Shown here piece by piece: positions 41,839 through 51,459 of a DNA stretch of 64,000 bases (positions within the stretch are counted from its first letter, which is position 1; the number at the start of each line of letters is the position of its first letter). The position numbers and the translations under genes are program-made. The DNA comes from Meyerozyma guilliermondii. Its lineage: Eukaryota. The stretch spans positions 806,001-870,000 of the forward strand of contig CP128817.1 in the NCBI GenBank assembly GCA_051546255.1. Direction: 5' to 3'. The notes beneath the pieces are model-generated. The model was not told the DNA's origin and searched no databases. It was given only the letters and a program-made list of their open reading frames with translations.

Positions 41839-42615
41839 CTATGCCTGTAACTCTCGCATCTTGGCCAAGCACAGGTCGAGCCGCAGATCCAACGTTCCGT
41901 CCATGTAATCCTTCCGCGTTTGTGCATCGAGCTTGGTTTCCAACTGGGCCAACGACTCATAGTTTTCTCGAAAGTAACGCATTTGTAATCGGGCAAATGC
42001 TTCGAATGAAGGATCGAAAAACGGAATGCGGAGATTGGTGAACCGAGGAAGTTCATGCTTGAGCTCTTCATTGAGCTTCTCATACACTTCACGAGAACCA
42101 TCGAGTTGCTGTTCCGTGTCCTTGAGTTTCTCTTCTTCGTCGGGACGGTCTATTAGTTTCTGGACTTTGGCTCGCAATGCATCGTAATCCAACCTCTTGT
42201 GTTCCCGCTTCTTGATAGCCTCGTCAATCTCTATGTAGTACAGGTTGAACCGCGCCACAGGGTTCAACACTGTCTGGTGATACGGCGTCTCCAATGCTTT
42301 GGCTACTTCGTCGTGGGTCTTTTCCAAAGCTGTATAATATTCCTGCGCCAACGACGTGGGTTTTTCTCCTTGCTGCTGTCCATAAAATGAGCTCAATGCC
42401 TTAGCGACGCTTAGCTGGGCACTTTCAAGCCGTCGAAGTGTGTCCAAATAGTACTTTAATTCCGAGTGGAGTTTGCGACTGTGCGATTGCATGGTGCGGT
42501 ACCGTTTTTCCTCAAACTCAAACTCGGTATCTACCGTGACATCCACCTGGCCAGCCTTCACCAACACCTGCGTGCCTGCTCTATTGATAGCTTTTTTCAC
42601 CCCGGTCCATGACAT
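41839..42615 (-). CDS. Rvs161-family N-BAR protein (divergent, Rvs162-like)
   Basis: MSWTGVKKAINRAG amphipathic helix, EFEFEEKRY, AIKKREHKRLDYD and LRIPFFDPSFEA. Confidence 0.85.
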   Translation of the reverse strand: MSWTGVKKAINRAGTQVLVKAGQVDVTVDTEFEFEEKRYRTMQSHSRKLHSELKYYLDTLRRLESAQLSVAKALSSFYGQQQGEKPTSLAQEYYTALEKTHDEVAKALETPYHQTVLNPVARFNLYYIEIDEAIKKREHKRLDYDALRAKVQKLIDRPDEEEKLKDTEQQLDGSREVYEKLNEELKHELPRFTNLRIPFFDPSFEAFARLQMRYFRENYESLAQLETKLDAQTRKDYMDGTLDLRLDLCLAKMRELQA

Positions 42616-42788
42616 GGCGGGTATGATCGGAAGAAGTCACAATCAGCCGAGCGCGAACTACACAAACCGGCACACCCAGACCCCAGACCCAGACCTTGTG
42701 TAACGGTGAGATCAGACGTATGCAAAGCGCTTAAACCACCAGACCCAACCAACTCACAAATGAACCAACAATTAGACTCATGAACCGC

Positions 42789-44450
42789 CTATGTATCGGC
42801 TGGCGAGTGCATTATCTGGGTGACAAACTTGCCCAGATATCGTGTTATACATGCAACTGTAAGAACCTCGTTTCGAATGGAAGTGGTCATTAAATGGTTG
42901 AGAATAACGTGGTTTGGAATCGCCAGATAGTCGTTTGAACTCGAGGCATAATACGAGCTGTCGGCGCGACGAAGTGCTGGTCGATGCGAACTTGATCCTC
43001 CCAACGACGACGACCCTATCCCTGTAGATGAACTTAGGTGGGCTGCGCTAATTGCAGCCTCAGCGGGAGACGTAGGAATCGAAGTATTGGATTGGTGAGG
43101 ATTCAGTAATTTGTTCAACAACACATTGTTGAGGTGCGCTGGTAACTGGGGTGGCTCAGGCAATTCGTAGGAAGGTCCCTTTTTCTTGAAATATTCGTAG
43201 TTGACAAACATCGCTGGAATTTCACTGGAGTACTCGATAGGCTTCTTCTTTTCAGCAAGAAGCGACGACGACGACGTCAGTCCATGGAAAGGAGTATAAG
43301 CTCCTGGATCAGATATTCCCGGAGGACTCTTGAATCCCTGATGTCCATCGACATTGCGATTATCTCCCTGTGACCGTGGATCATGATGTGCGTTGGAATC
43401 TTCATCCATATACTCAACATGACTGATTTCCGTACCACTTTCCTGCTTGCTGACGCTCGTCAAAAAACTTGTAGATTTTCTATTGATACGATCAACCTCG
43501 TACCTTCCTGCCTGGTACACGTCATTAGTAGGCTGCGCTATGATGTTGGCGTCGTAGTTTGTAGATGCCTCTGTACGCTGTGGCAAGTTCTGTGAATGAT
43601 TAAAAAGATGGCCAGCATCGAGTACTTCAAACCAGTTGAAGAAAATTCCCTCTTGGTCAGTGGCAGTTGGAAGCTGGTCGCTAATGCGATACTCGTTATT
43701 AATGACATATAACAACTTGTGCACTCCCAAGGGAAGCTTTATTGTAACGGTATACTCATTGTCAAAAGTTTTCGACTTTTTGAGTCGGATCATGTCTCTC
43801 CAATTGGAAAACGAACCAATGATTGCAATTTTCTGAATGTTTTCCTTGGTCGAGTTGACCCACTTGATCTCCACAGGAATCAATTGCCTGACCTGCGACG
43901 AACTGCTGCTCTTGCTATTGGTCAAGTCTTCCCGAGGCAGCCGTCCTCCTGTTTCATTCGATTGTCCCGGCGCATTTGGCGGAAGAATCTTGGTGAAATC
44001 CACCTTACTCCAATCGGGTGTAGGCGTCTCTGTTTCCAGTTCCGTGACTCCGTTGTGGTTGTTGGTGGGCACGTCAGTCAGAGAGATAGACATATCTTCC
44101 ATTTCCGCATCACTGTTGCTATCTTCATCAGGGATGATGTTCCTGTTGAGCTCGGCAACATCCGTCTCTATAAGTCCGGCATTCAATTCGTTGTACTCAT
44201 CTTCAATCAACCCGTTGGAAAATTCATTCTTCGGTAATGTATCGTCGGTATTGGAGCCAGAAGAGCTGGTAATGGGCCGAATGGGACTGTTCTGCTTCTC
44301 TTGCTTTTTTTTCACTTCATGCAAAATCAAATCACTAAAGTCTTCGTCCAACGAATGGTTGGCAGCATTCACCGCTGACTTTCGTATGCTTGCCCCACCA
44401 TGCCTTATACCGGCTGTCGATTTTCTCGTACTGGAGGTATTGTTACCCAT
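42789..44450 (-). CDS. Snf1/AMPK beta subunit (Sip/Gal83/Kis family)
   Basis: MGN..S myristoylation start, CBM48 (IIGSFSNW, LPLGVH, DQLPTATD..G), PPQLPAHL..LLN and PNHVILNHL.TTSI. Confidence 0.92.
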   Translation of the reverse strand: MGNNTSSTRKSTAGIRHGGASIRKSAVNAANHSLDEDFSDLILHEVKKKQEKQNSPIRPITSSSGSNTDDTLPKNEFSNGLIEDEYNELNAGLIETDVAELNRNIIPDEDSNSDAEMEDMSISLTDVPTNNHNGVTELETETPTPDWSKVDFTKILPPNAPGQSNETGGRLPREDLTNSKSSSSSQVRQLIPVEIKWVNSTKENIQKIAIIGSFSNWRDMIRLKKSKTFDNEYTVTIKLPLGVHKLLYVINNEYRISDQLPTATDQEGIFFNWFEVLDAGHLFNHSQNLPQRTEASTNYDANIIAQPTNDVYQAGRYEVDRINRKSTSFLTSVSKQESGTEISHVEYMDEDSNAHHDPRSQGDNRNVDGHQGFKSPPGISDPGAYTPFHGLTSSSSLLAEKKKPIEYSSEIPAMFVNYEYFKKKGPSYELPEPPQLPAHLNNVLLNKLLNPHQSNTSIPTSPAEAAISAAHLSSSTGIGSSSLGGSSSHRPALRRADSSYYASSSNDYLAIPNHVILNHLMTTSIRNEVLTVACITRYLGKFVTQIMHSPADT

Positions 44451-44802
44451 GATAGTAGCAGACTCACCTCACCAAATTAATTGCAACTTGCTGGGACTAA
44501 TCGATAGTAGCTCGTGAGAAGCTAGCTTATATCCAAGTACGATGATAGAACTAACAGAAATTCTATACGTAGCTAGATAGGTATGCGAAATAATATCGGT
44601 GTGGATCGTCGCTACATCAATCTGCTGGTCGTGTGGCGGCACATGTGCTGCATCATTGCGTCCCAAACACAAAGTTGGGTATAGAAAAGCAACATTACGT
44701 CATCTGACCTGGCCTATGCTTTTGAAAACCTACCACATTAGGCGCTATGCCTTCTGATCCAGGAATGGTATTAGATGGGTTGCATACCAGCCGCGTACAG
44801 GT

Positions 44803-45735
44803 CTAATGTGTGGTTGGCTCGCAACGAGATACGCTTAGGAGTCGAATCATTTCTTCCGGACCCACCTCCGTATTAACCCCAGGGTCTGGGGTGCATGAAG
44901 TATAATATTTCCTCCGTGATCTATGTCTTCTTTCCCTGCGTAATCTTCCCTGGGTTGCTCTGTACATACCTCTTTTGATAATGATTTCCAATTGTTTTTT
45001 TGAAAATTCAGGGTACCATGGTTGTAAAGCTCTCATCAATGTGGCAATCTTTGCTTCCTTGTCAGCCGTACTAAATGTACGCACCCAACTCAGGTGGTCC
45101 AAGCTGACATTGCAAAGCTTTTCAAAAATGTGGAGAATATTTTCCTCGAGCTCCATAGTTAAGCGAATATGGTAGTTTTCCAAATTCAAGTGGCAGGAAA
45201 GCTCAGCTATATTTAATCGACATGGATACTTGGTAGCAGATGATAAAACCTTGGGTTTCCGCACCATTGGTTTACTGCCACTGTCTTGATTCTTATATTG
45301 TGGCATTCCCTTCATGGTTTTCAATGCGATTAATTTACGAGGACAAGCGCCCTGTGTGACGATCATGCGGTAAGCGAGCAAGTTGACGCAAAATGTGAAT
45401 TTGCAGTATTTGGCGTCAACATCGGTACTGATCAGCACGAATTGACTTTCTGGATCCTCAATTTCAAAAGGCTCATTTATGAATGTTTGCCGGGCACAGA
45501 CCACCCATTGTGACCCGAGGGGAAGCATTCCTTGCCGAAAAAGATCTTCATCTATTTTGTAAGGATGAAATGCTCTTGAATCGGCATCAACATTGAGGAT
45601 ATCAGAAGGTTTTAATGCAGCTGACACGAAAAATTCCTCATTTGGAGTAATTGGAGATACAGGGGTATGATCTTCCGAATGCTCGTAATCGCTAGAATTG
45701 GCGGAATTGGAGTCCCCGAAAAATAAATCAATCAT
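44803..45735 (-). CDS. Probable divergent Std1/Mth1-family glucose-signalling protein
   Basis: C-terminal LNIAEL..LNLENYHIRLT..LE..IL.IF..C...W.R...YPE....LEIIIKRG.Y...QGRLRRERR resembles the Std1/Mth1 C-terminus (recalled, not searched). TATAAATA lies upstream at 45766-45773 on the minus strand. Confidence 0.6.
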   Translation of the reverse strand: MIDLFFGDSNSANSSDYEHSEDHTPVSPITPNEEFFVSAALKPSDILNVDADSRAFHPYKIDEDLFRQGMLPLGSQWVVCARQTFINEPFEIEDPESQFVLISTDVDAKYCKFTFCVNLLAYRMIVTQGACPRKLIALKTMKGMPQYKNQDSGSKPMVRKPKVLSSATKYPCRLNIAELSCHLNLENYHIRLTMELEENILHIFEKLCNVSLDHLSWVRTFSTADKEAKIATLMRALQPWYPEFSKKQLEIIIKRGMYRATQGRLRRERRHRSRRKYYTSCTPDPGVNTEVGPEEMIRLLSVSRCEPTTH

Positions 45736-46911
45736 ATTTGGGAAAAGAAAAGAGGACTCCACCTCTATTTATAATCCAAGGAACACGTTGCGTGACCAAT
45801 TGTATGAACTTCCGGCCTCTTGCATCCGCTTACAGCCAAGAAGTGGGGTCTAAGCGCATCACCTGCATCAATCACCCCTTCAACCATGTGCATAAGCGGA
45901 TAAATACGATGTATCCAGGTTCTATTGAGACCCGACTTGCATACGGAGATATGCAAGTGATTGAGGCGTCGTTTGCAGCCATTCCTAAAGTGGCTAATTA
46001 CACGGGTTAATGGGCGCAAAGCAGTGAAGAGCTACGCAATAGTGCAGCAGACATTCGGTCATTCCGGTCATTTGGTTCTTGGGCTCGATAGTATTATTTG
46101 GTTGTGGCTCAACCGGTCACTTGGTGATGTATCATCTTTGACCCCGCTAGCATGCAAATCAATTTTCGAATTCAATTTTGATACTATGATTGAAAGGATG
46201 CATGCTGGACTCCATGAATAGTTTATATATTTGTCAACGTTGTTTTTTTCCTTATCAATACCACAAATAGTTGCTCCTCAGCCACACCCTCCGATAAGAA
46301 ATGAGATGCTGCACTTTGTGCGGCGCGATGCCCCTCTGGCTCCTTTGCATGAGATGCACGGTCGGCGTGAATACGAGGCCAGAACGTGGCGATGCATCAA
46401 CTGGCATACGGAGCTAAAGTGGCGCACGAGGTCAAGTGGCGCACGCGATGATGATGCATGAGGTCAAGGAACAGACTATAAAAAGAGAGAATAAGAGAGA
46501 AAAAGAGACAGGTTTTGATTCGCATGCAATTTTGAATTGTAGGCAAATTTCATTCATATTGATGAGATAACAAATGATACATAACCGGCCATACAGATAT
46601 ACGTGAAATAAGAACTATTGTTCATTGAGACAAGTGAAGTGATGACGTGAACTGGCTTATAGTATCTAAGCAGATCGGCATGCGAGTCTTATTGGTTGCA
46701 ATGGTTGCAAATACGGTGCACTTATTTTTGCAAATTGCTCGCAATAAATGTGGTTGCAGAATTTGTTTACAAGCAGGCAAAAAAGGTCACGACTATCTTA
46801 CATCCATACAAGAAACAATAGAAACAATCGAATCGAAGAATTAGGACGCAACAGAATCCATTAAGAACTATCCAAAATATTGACAAGAAACTAATGGTCT
46901 ATTTATACTGG

Positions 46912-48456
46912 CTATGAAGTTGCCCTCAATTTTAACTCCTTCACCTCCAGCTCCACTATATGGATGGCATCACTAGAAGACTCAATCTCAAGATACTCAA
47001 GTCCCTCAGTACCAGGAATGAAAAATGTGTTGGTCAAGGTCGCGATACCATCGTTCAAAAAGACCTCAATCAAATTTCCATCAATCACTCCAAACATTTT
47101 ATAAACAGGCAAATCATTTTGGTGTTTCCAAGGTTCGACATAAGCCGAAGTTTTGTCGGTGAAGAAAGGATTCTCTTTTAATCCGCTAGTATTTCCACGA
47201 TCCACGAAAAATTGACCAGCTGTGGGATCAAATCCTGCCCTAATGGACTCACCATTTTGACCAGAAATCACCTGTAGTTGACCAGTTTGGTTCTTCAGCA
47301 GATCAACACTAAAAGTGATATCAAACAGAAAAGTACCGGTGGAATTCTTGTGGATTTTTACGGCTTGTTCATCTTGACCAGTAATATTCCGTTTTGAAAT
47401 TTTATTTGCAGCCACCACACTTTCGCCAAAAATTGGTTTTTGAAGTAACGACAAAACCTTGGTTTCCGGGTTCATGTTTCGAGATGCTAATGTCATTTGA
47501 CGTGCCAATGTCATGGAACTTCTCCACTCTTTTGTAGGTGCAAGATTTGCATACTGCCAATTGGAAGCCCATGCCAAGCCAACAACACCCAGTTCTTTGG
47601 GAGCATTATCAAATGTTTGAAAAGCATAGAAATCCTTGCCGTAATCCATAAGTCTGGCTTGGGAGTCGTCTGGTACAAACTCAAATCCGTCAAATGAGCC
47701 AATGAAATACTGGTTGGACGAACCACCCAAAGGCAGCCCTGGGTTGATTGCAATGAACATAACCCATTTCAGCTCATCAGTCCCTTCAACAGGAACCTCA
47801 ATGAGTCCAGGACACTCATATTGAAACCCAAAGAGTCCTCCAGTAAAATTGGAGTGCAAGCTCCAGTTCGTCAAGTCGATCGAGCCATAAATTTGAATCT
47901 TAAATTGCTGACTCAAAGCTATCACCATGATCCACTGGTTAGTTGGCTCGTGCCAGAACACTTTGGGGTCTCTAAAGTTGATGTTATCAACATCCAAAAC
48001 CGGATTATGTTCATACTTTTCAAAAGTGTACCCTCCATCAAGCGAGTACGCAACATGTTGAGTTTGAGAACCTTCGGTATTGTACGTATAAATTGCTACC
48101 ACTCTTTGTCTGGGGTCAATTGAGTCGTTGAAAAAACCAGAAGTGTTATTATGGTCAACCACAATGTTTCCAGAAAAGATTCCATCTTCGTCACGATCGG
48201 GTCCAATAGTCGCACCATAATCCTTCCAGGTCGACAAGTCTTTGGAAGTTGCATGGCCCCAGTACAAAGGTGTTCCCCATACTGTGTCGTTGGGATTGTA
48301 CTGGTAGTACAAGTGCCAGAGTTCATTTTTGGAATCGTAGAATTGTCCATTCGGATCATTCATCCAGCCGTGGCTTGGCGTGAATGCCATCAAGGGTCTA
48401 CTTGATTCCACGTTCATAACGAAGGTGAGGAAAATTAAGGCAAGAAAAGCTCTCAT
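46912..48456 (-). CDS. SUC2: Secreted invertase / beta-fructofuranosidase (GH32, Suc2-like)
   Basis: Signal peptide plus WMNDPNG, WGHATS, FSG, RDPKVFW, YECPGL and DYGKDFYA motifs. Confidence 0.93.
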   Translation of the reverse strand: MRAFLALIFLTFVMNVESSRPLMAFTPSHGWMNDPNGQFYDSKNELWHLYYQYNPNDTVWGTPLYWGHATSKDLSTWKDYGATIGPDRDEDGIFSGNIVVDHNNTSGFFNDSIDPRQRVVAIYTYNTEGSQTQHVAYSLDGGYTFEKYEHNPVLDVDNINFRDPKVFWHEPTNQWIMVIALSQQFKIQIYGSIDLTNWSLHSNFTGGLFGFQYECPGLIEVPVEGTDELKWVMFIAINPGLPLGGSSNQYFIGSFDGFEFVPDDSQARLMDYGKDFYAFQTFDNAPKELGVVGLAWASNWQYANLAPTKEWRSSMTLARQMTLASRNMNPETKVLSLLQKPIFGESVVAANKISKRNITGQDEQAVKIHKNSTGTFLFDITFSVDLLKNQTGQLQVISGQNGESIRAGFDPTAGQFFVDRGNTSGLKENPFFTDKTSAYVEPWKHQNDLPVYKMFGVIDGNLIEVFLNDGIATLTNTFFIPGTEGLEYLEIESSSDAIHIVELEVKELKLRATS

Positions 48457-48486
48457 GGCCTCAAAGTATAGTAAGATAATTTTGCA

Positions 48487-48879
48487 TTTTCCGGGTTTTT
48501 ATATTATTCCGAAGCGTTGGAGAAACTCGCAAATTCGACGATTATTCCGAATACTCCGCATTTATGACCCATTGTTCCAGAATGTGGGGCAATTATGTCG
48601 GCTGCGGTTGCTAATTTTAAGAAAAAAAACCCGAAAACAAAGGGGTTGCGGCTCGTCTCGTTGACCTCGTATGCGTCATTTCTTGGCTGCGTTATACGGT
48701 TGGGGAAATTGCATTCGTTATAGGGGTTTCTGTTTACTAAGCACAAAACTATCAACTACAACCGAAGGAGGTACATTCCGCTGTATGTTCTGGTTTCACC
48801 AGCAAATTTTACTAAGCACTTTGGCTGCAAATCCACTAGAATACGGATCAATTGGCTTTCCTTGTTCATGGTTTTTCCG
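48487..48879 (-). promoter_or_regulatory. Invertase promoter: TATAAA (48498-48503), six CGGANNA Rgt1-type sites, one Mig1-type GTGGGG site
   Basis: CGGANNA matches at 48487, 48505, 48543, 48552, 48873 (minus strand) and 48844 (plus strand). AGAATGTGGGG has its core at 48584-48589. Confidence 0.6.
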
Positions 48880-48880
48880 G

Positions 48881-51217
48881 CTAAGCCATGTGTGCTTCGA
48901 TGATGTTTTCCACCACCATAGGAACGTCCGCCTTCAAGTAGCGTGCGTTCATCAACACCTGCAAGAGTTTTTTCACGCCTAAACGAAGCGGCGGCTCGTC
49001 GGAAGAAGCACTTTCTTCAAGCTGTTGCACTATTTGGTGTCTAGCGGTATCGGACATGAATCCTATTTTTTCCATGATTTTCATGAGTTCGTCTGTTTGC
49101 GTCACTTGGTTGACAGCAATGGTGTTTGTGAAACAGTCCACCAAGTTCATGTGTTTCAACACAGAATACTGGGAAGTGGTACCAATAATCAACAATCTTC
49201 GGCCATTGGGAGGTTGTTTTGTGAGACTCACCATGAGGGTCTGGAGAATGTCGTTGGAAAACCGAGGTCCAATAGGCACGTAGTTGATCAAGGTCTCGAT
49301 CTTGTCGATGACAAGAATGTTCAACGGCGACTTGTAGACATCACGGAACGTAGAATCAATGGTAGCGATTTTCATGGGCTCCAGCATTCCCACGAGACTT
49401 TCGGCCGAAAGCATCTTAATGAAAGGGAACTCCGATTGCAATGCCAATGTCAGAGCAATCGCTGTTTTTCCCGATCCTGGGGCACCGTGGAAGAGAATGG
49501 AAATGAGTCTTTCGGTTTCCGATGACTTGACTTCATCAATGAATGCTCTTCCCTTGTCGAAAATAGCCCCGATATGCAGAGAAAACGGAATGATTCCATG
49601 AGGAGCATTTTTGGCAAGATCTTCTTCGTTGACTCCGAACGCAGGACGAACCTCGTTGAGCGCATTCAAAAAGTCGTTTCTTGTAAGCTGCATTTTCTCG
49701 ATATTGGTATCAACCTGAGCCACAGAACCAGTCTTAGTGTGCTTGTTGATTGCAAACGAAGTGGCCGAGTTGCAAAGGCCTTCGAGTTCAGCACCGGTGA
49801 AATTTTTCGTGAGCGAAGCGAGTTCTTCGAGATCCACATCTGGAGCCAACAAGTTGTTTTCTCTCATTTTTGCTGTGTGAATCGCAAGAATATCTCTTCT
49901 TCCCTTTTCGTCAGGCAACGAAATCTCAATCTGGATCTCAAACCGACCGGGACGAAGCAACGCATTATCGATCAAATCCAACCGGTTTGTCATTCCAATG
50001 ATCAAAATGTTGTTCAACTGGTCCACACCGTCCATCTTGGCCAACAACTGGTTGACTACGTTGTCTCCGACGCCGGTTCCATCAGATTTGGCCAGACCAC
50101 GCTGCTTGAACACCGAATCGAGCTCGTCGAAAATGATGATGTGGAGCTGGGAGTTTTCGCCCTTTTGCTTGTATTCCTGTTCGGCGTCCTTGAAGAGATT
50201 ACGAATGTTTTCCTCCGAGGCACCCACGTACTTGGAGAGCATTTCCGGTCCGTTGACCACCTTTGGTTCTTTCACATTCAACATTTTTCCAATCTGACGA
50301 GCAATCAACGTCTTACCGGTTCCTGGCGGCCCGTAAAGCAACAAACCCTTAACATGGCGCAACGCCAATTTTTCTACGAGATCCGGCGAGATTATTCTAC
50401 TGGCAAAAGCACGACGGAAAATCTGTGAGAATTCCTGCTCCAATCCTCCAATGCCCATGGTTTCAAGCTTAAAGTCCGGGTTGATGATCGGGTTAGCTCT
50501 GGGCCTGTTTCTGCCGCTTCCCGAGATATTAATCACCGATCCCTCACGCGGCGCAAAAAACGCTTTTGTCTGTTGAATCAAAATTCCCTTGGCATCAAAC
50601 CGGGTTTCCATATGAACGTCGGCCAGAAGCTGGTCAAGGTCTATCACCTGCACGCCCGTGACCACGAGCTGGAGCACATTGCCCTCGAAATCCATCACAA
50701 TTGGCTGCGATGGTTGCAACACCTGATTCTCATAAGTGGCCAAAAACCTCGCCACGAGCTGGTCATGCTTGATGGGCCGATCATGGGCCTTGGACCGCGA
50801 CTTGAAGTCCACAGAGATCTCGGCTGCTCCCAAATAGGCCGCGTGTTGGTTATTTTGAAAAATATTGAACGAACCAACTCGCACCACTTGATCCAACGAC
50901 CACCGGCCCCACAGCCTCATATGACCTGCCAACCCAATTGTGCCCGGAACCGTGCTCTCGTCCTTGTAAATCGAATAGACAAACTGACCGTCCATCAAAA
51001 TTGGCGTATCATTGGGAATTTCCGGAAAATCCAGTGGCAGAACCGCAACTCGGTTGCCCAAAGCGCAACTTGTCATGGCCGTTTGAGGACAATTTGCCAC
51101 CTTAAGTTCCTTGCGGAACTGCCTAGTAGGCGGCGGTTGCTGGTGCGGGCGGTTGTGTGAAATCGTGGGACTTCCAGACGAACCGCCAGTAACTTTGTGA
51201 AAACCAAACTTTTCCAT
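48881..51217 (-). CDS. SEC18: Vesicle-fusing AAA+ ATPase NSF/Sec18
   Basis: MGIGGL..EF..IFRRAFASR, GPPGTGKT, HIIIFDELD, LLRPGRFE and a second Walker A GAPGSGKT. Confidence 0.96.
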   Translation of the reverse strand: MEKFGFHKVTGGSSGSPTISHNRPHQQPPPTRQFRKELKVANCPQTAMTSCALGNRVAVLPLDFPEIPNDTPILMDGQFVYSIYKDESTVPGTIGLAGHMRLWGRWSLDQVVRVGSFNIFQNNQHAAYLGAAEISVDFKSRSKAHDRPIKHDQLVARFLATYENQVLQPSQPIVMDFEGNVLQLVVTGVQVIDLDQLLADVHMETRFDAKGILIQQTKAFFAPREGSVINISGSGRNRPRANPIINPDFKLETMGIGGLEQEFSQIFRRAFASRIISPDLVEKLALRHVKGLLLYGPPGTGKTLIARQIGKMLNVKEPKVVNGPEMLSKYVGASEENIRNLFKDAEQEYKQKGENSQLHIIIFDELDSVFKQRGLAKSDGTGVGDNVVNQLLAKMDGVDQLNNILIIGMTNRLDLIDNALLRPGRFEIQIEISLPDEKGRRDILAIHTAKMRENNLLAPDVDLEELASLTKNFTGAELEGLCNSATSFAINKHTKTGSVAQVDTNIEKMQLTRNDFLNALNEVRPAFGVNEEDLAKNAPHGIIPFSLHIGAIFDKGRAFIDEVKSSETERLISILFHGAPGSGKTAIALTLALQSEFPFIKMLSAESLVGMLEPMKIATIDSTFRDVYKSPLNILVIDKIETLINYVPIGPRFSNDILQTLMVSLTKQPPNGRRLLIIGTTSQYSVLKHMNLVDCFTNTIAVNQVTQTDELMKIMEKIGFMSDTARHQIVQQLEESASSDEPPLRLGVKKLLQVLMNARYLKADVPMVVENIIEAHMA

Positions 51218-51242
51218 AAAGATAGGTGTTCGCAGTGAAATA

Positions 51243-51459
51243 AGAATACAAGACAGGATAATCCATATGCCGGAGGCCCAGACACCAGAGGCGACACGCT
51301 TATTTCGATTAGAAAGCGAGTGTACTGCACAATGGTGTACTCACACATCACTACACCCACTCGTGGCTCATAAATCGGTTGCAAATTCGCATTTGTACTT
51401 GATTTCATCTTGATCATGACAACGCCACAAGTGCAAGGAATGACTCCCCCGCAAGCGGA
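51243..51459 (+). repeat. 217-bp direct repeat, copy 1 (SEC18/orphan-1 intergenic DNA plus first ~14 codons)
   Basis: Matches 53761-53977 without gaps, with 8 substitutions by hand count. Confidence 0.95.

Noticed and set aside
49574..51160. Long plus-strand ORFs inside SEC18 (and 57902-58675 over FYV4)
   Set aside because: Antisense to conserved genes with no recognisable motifs.
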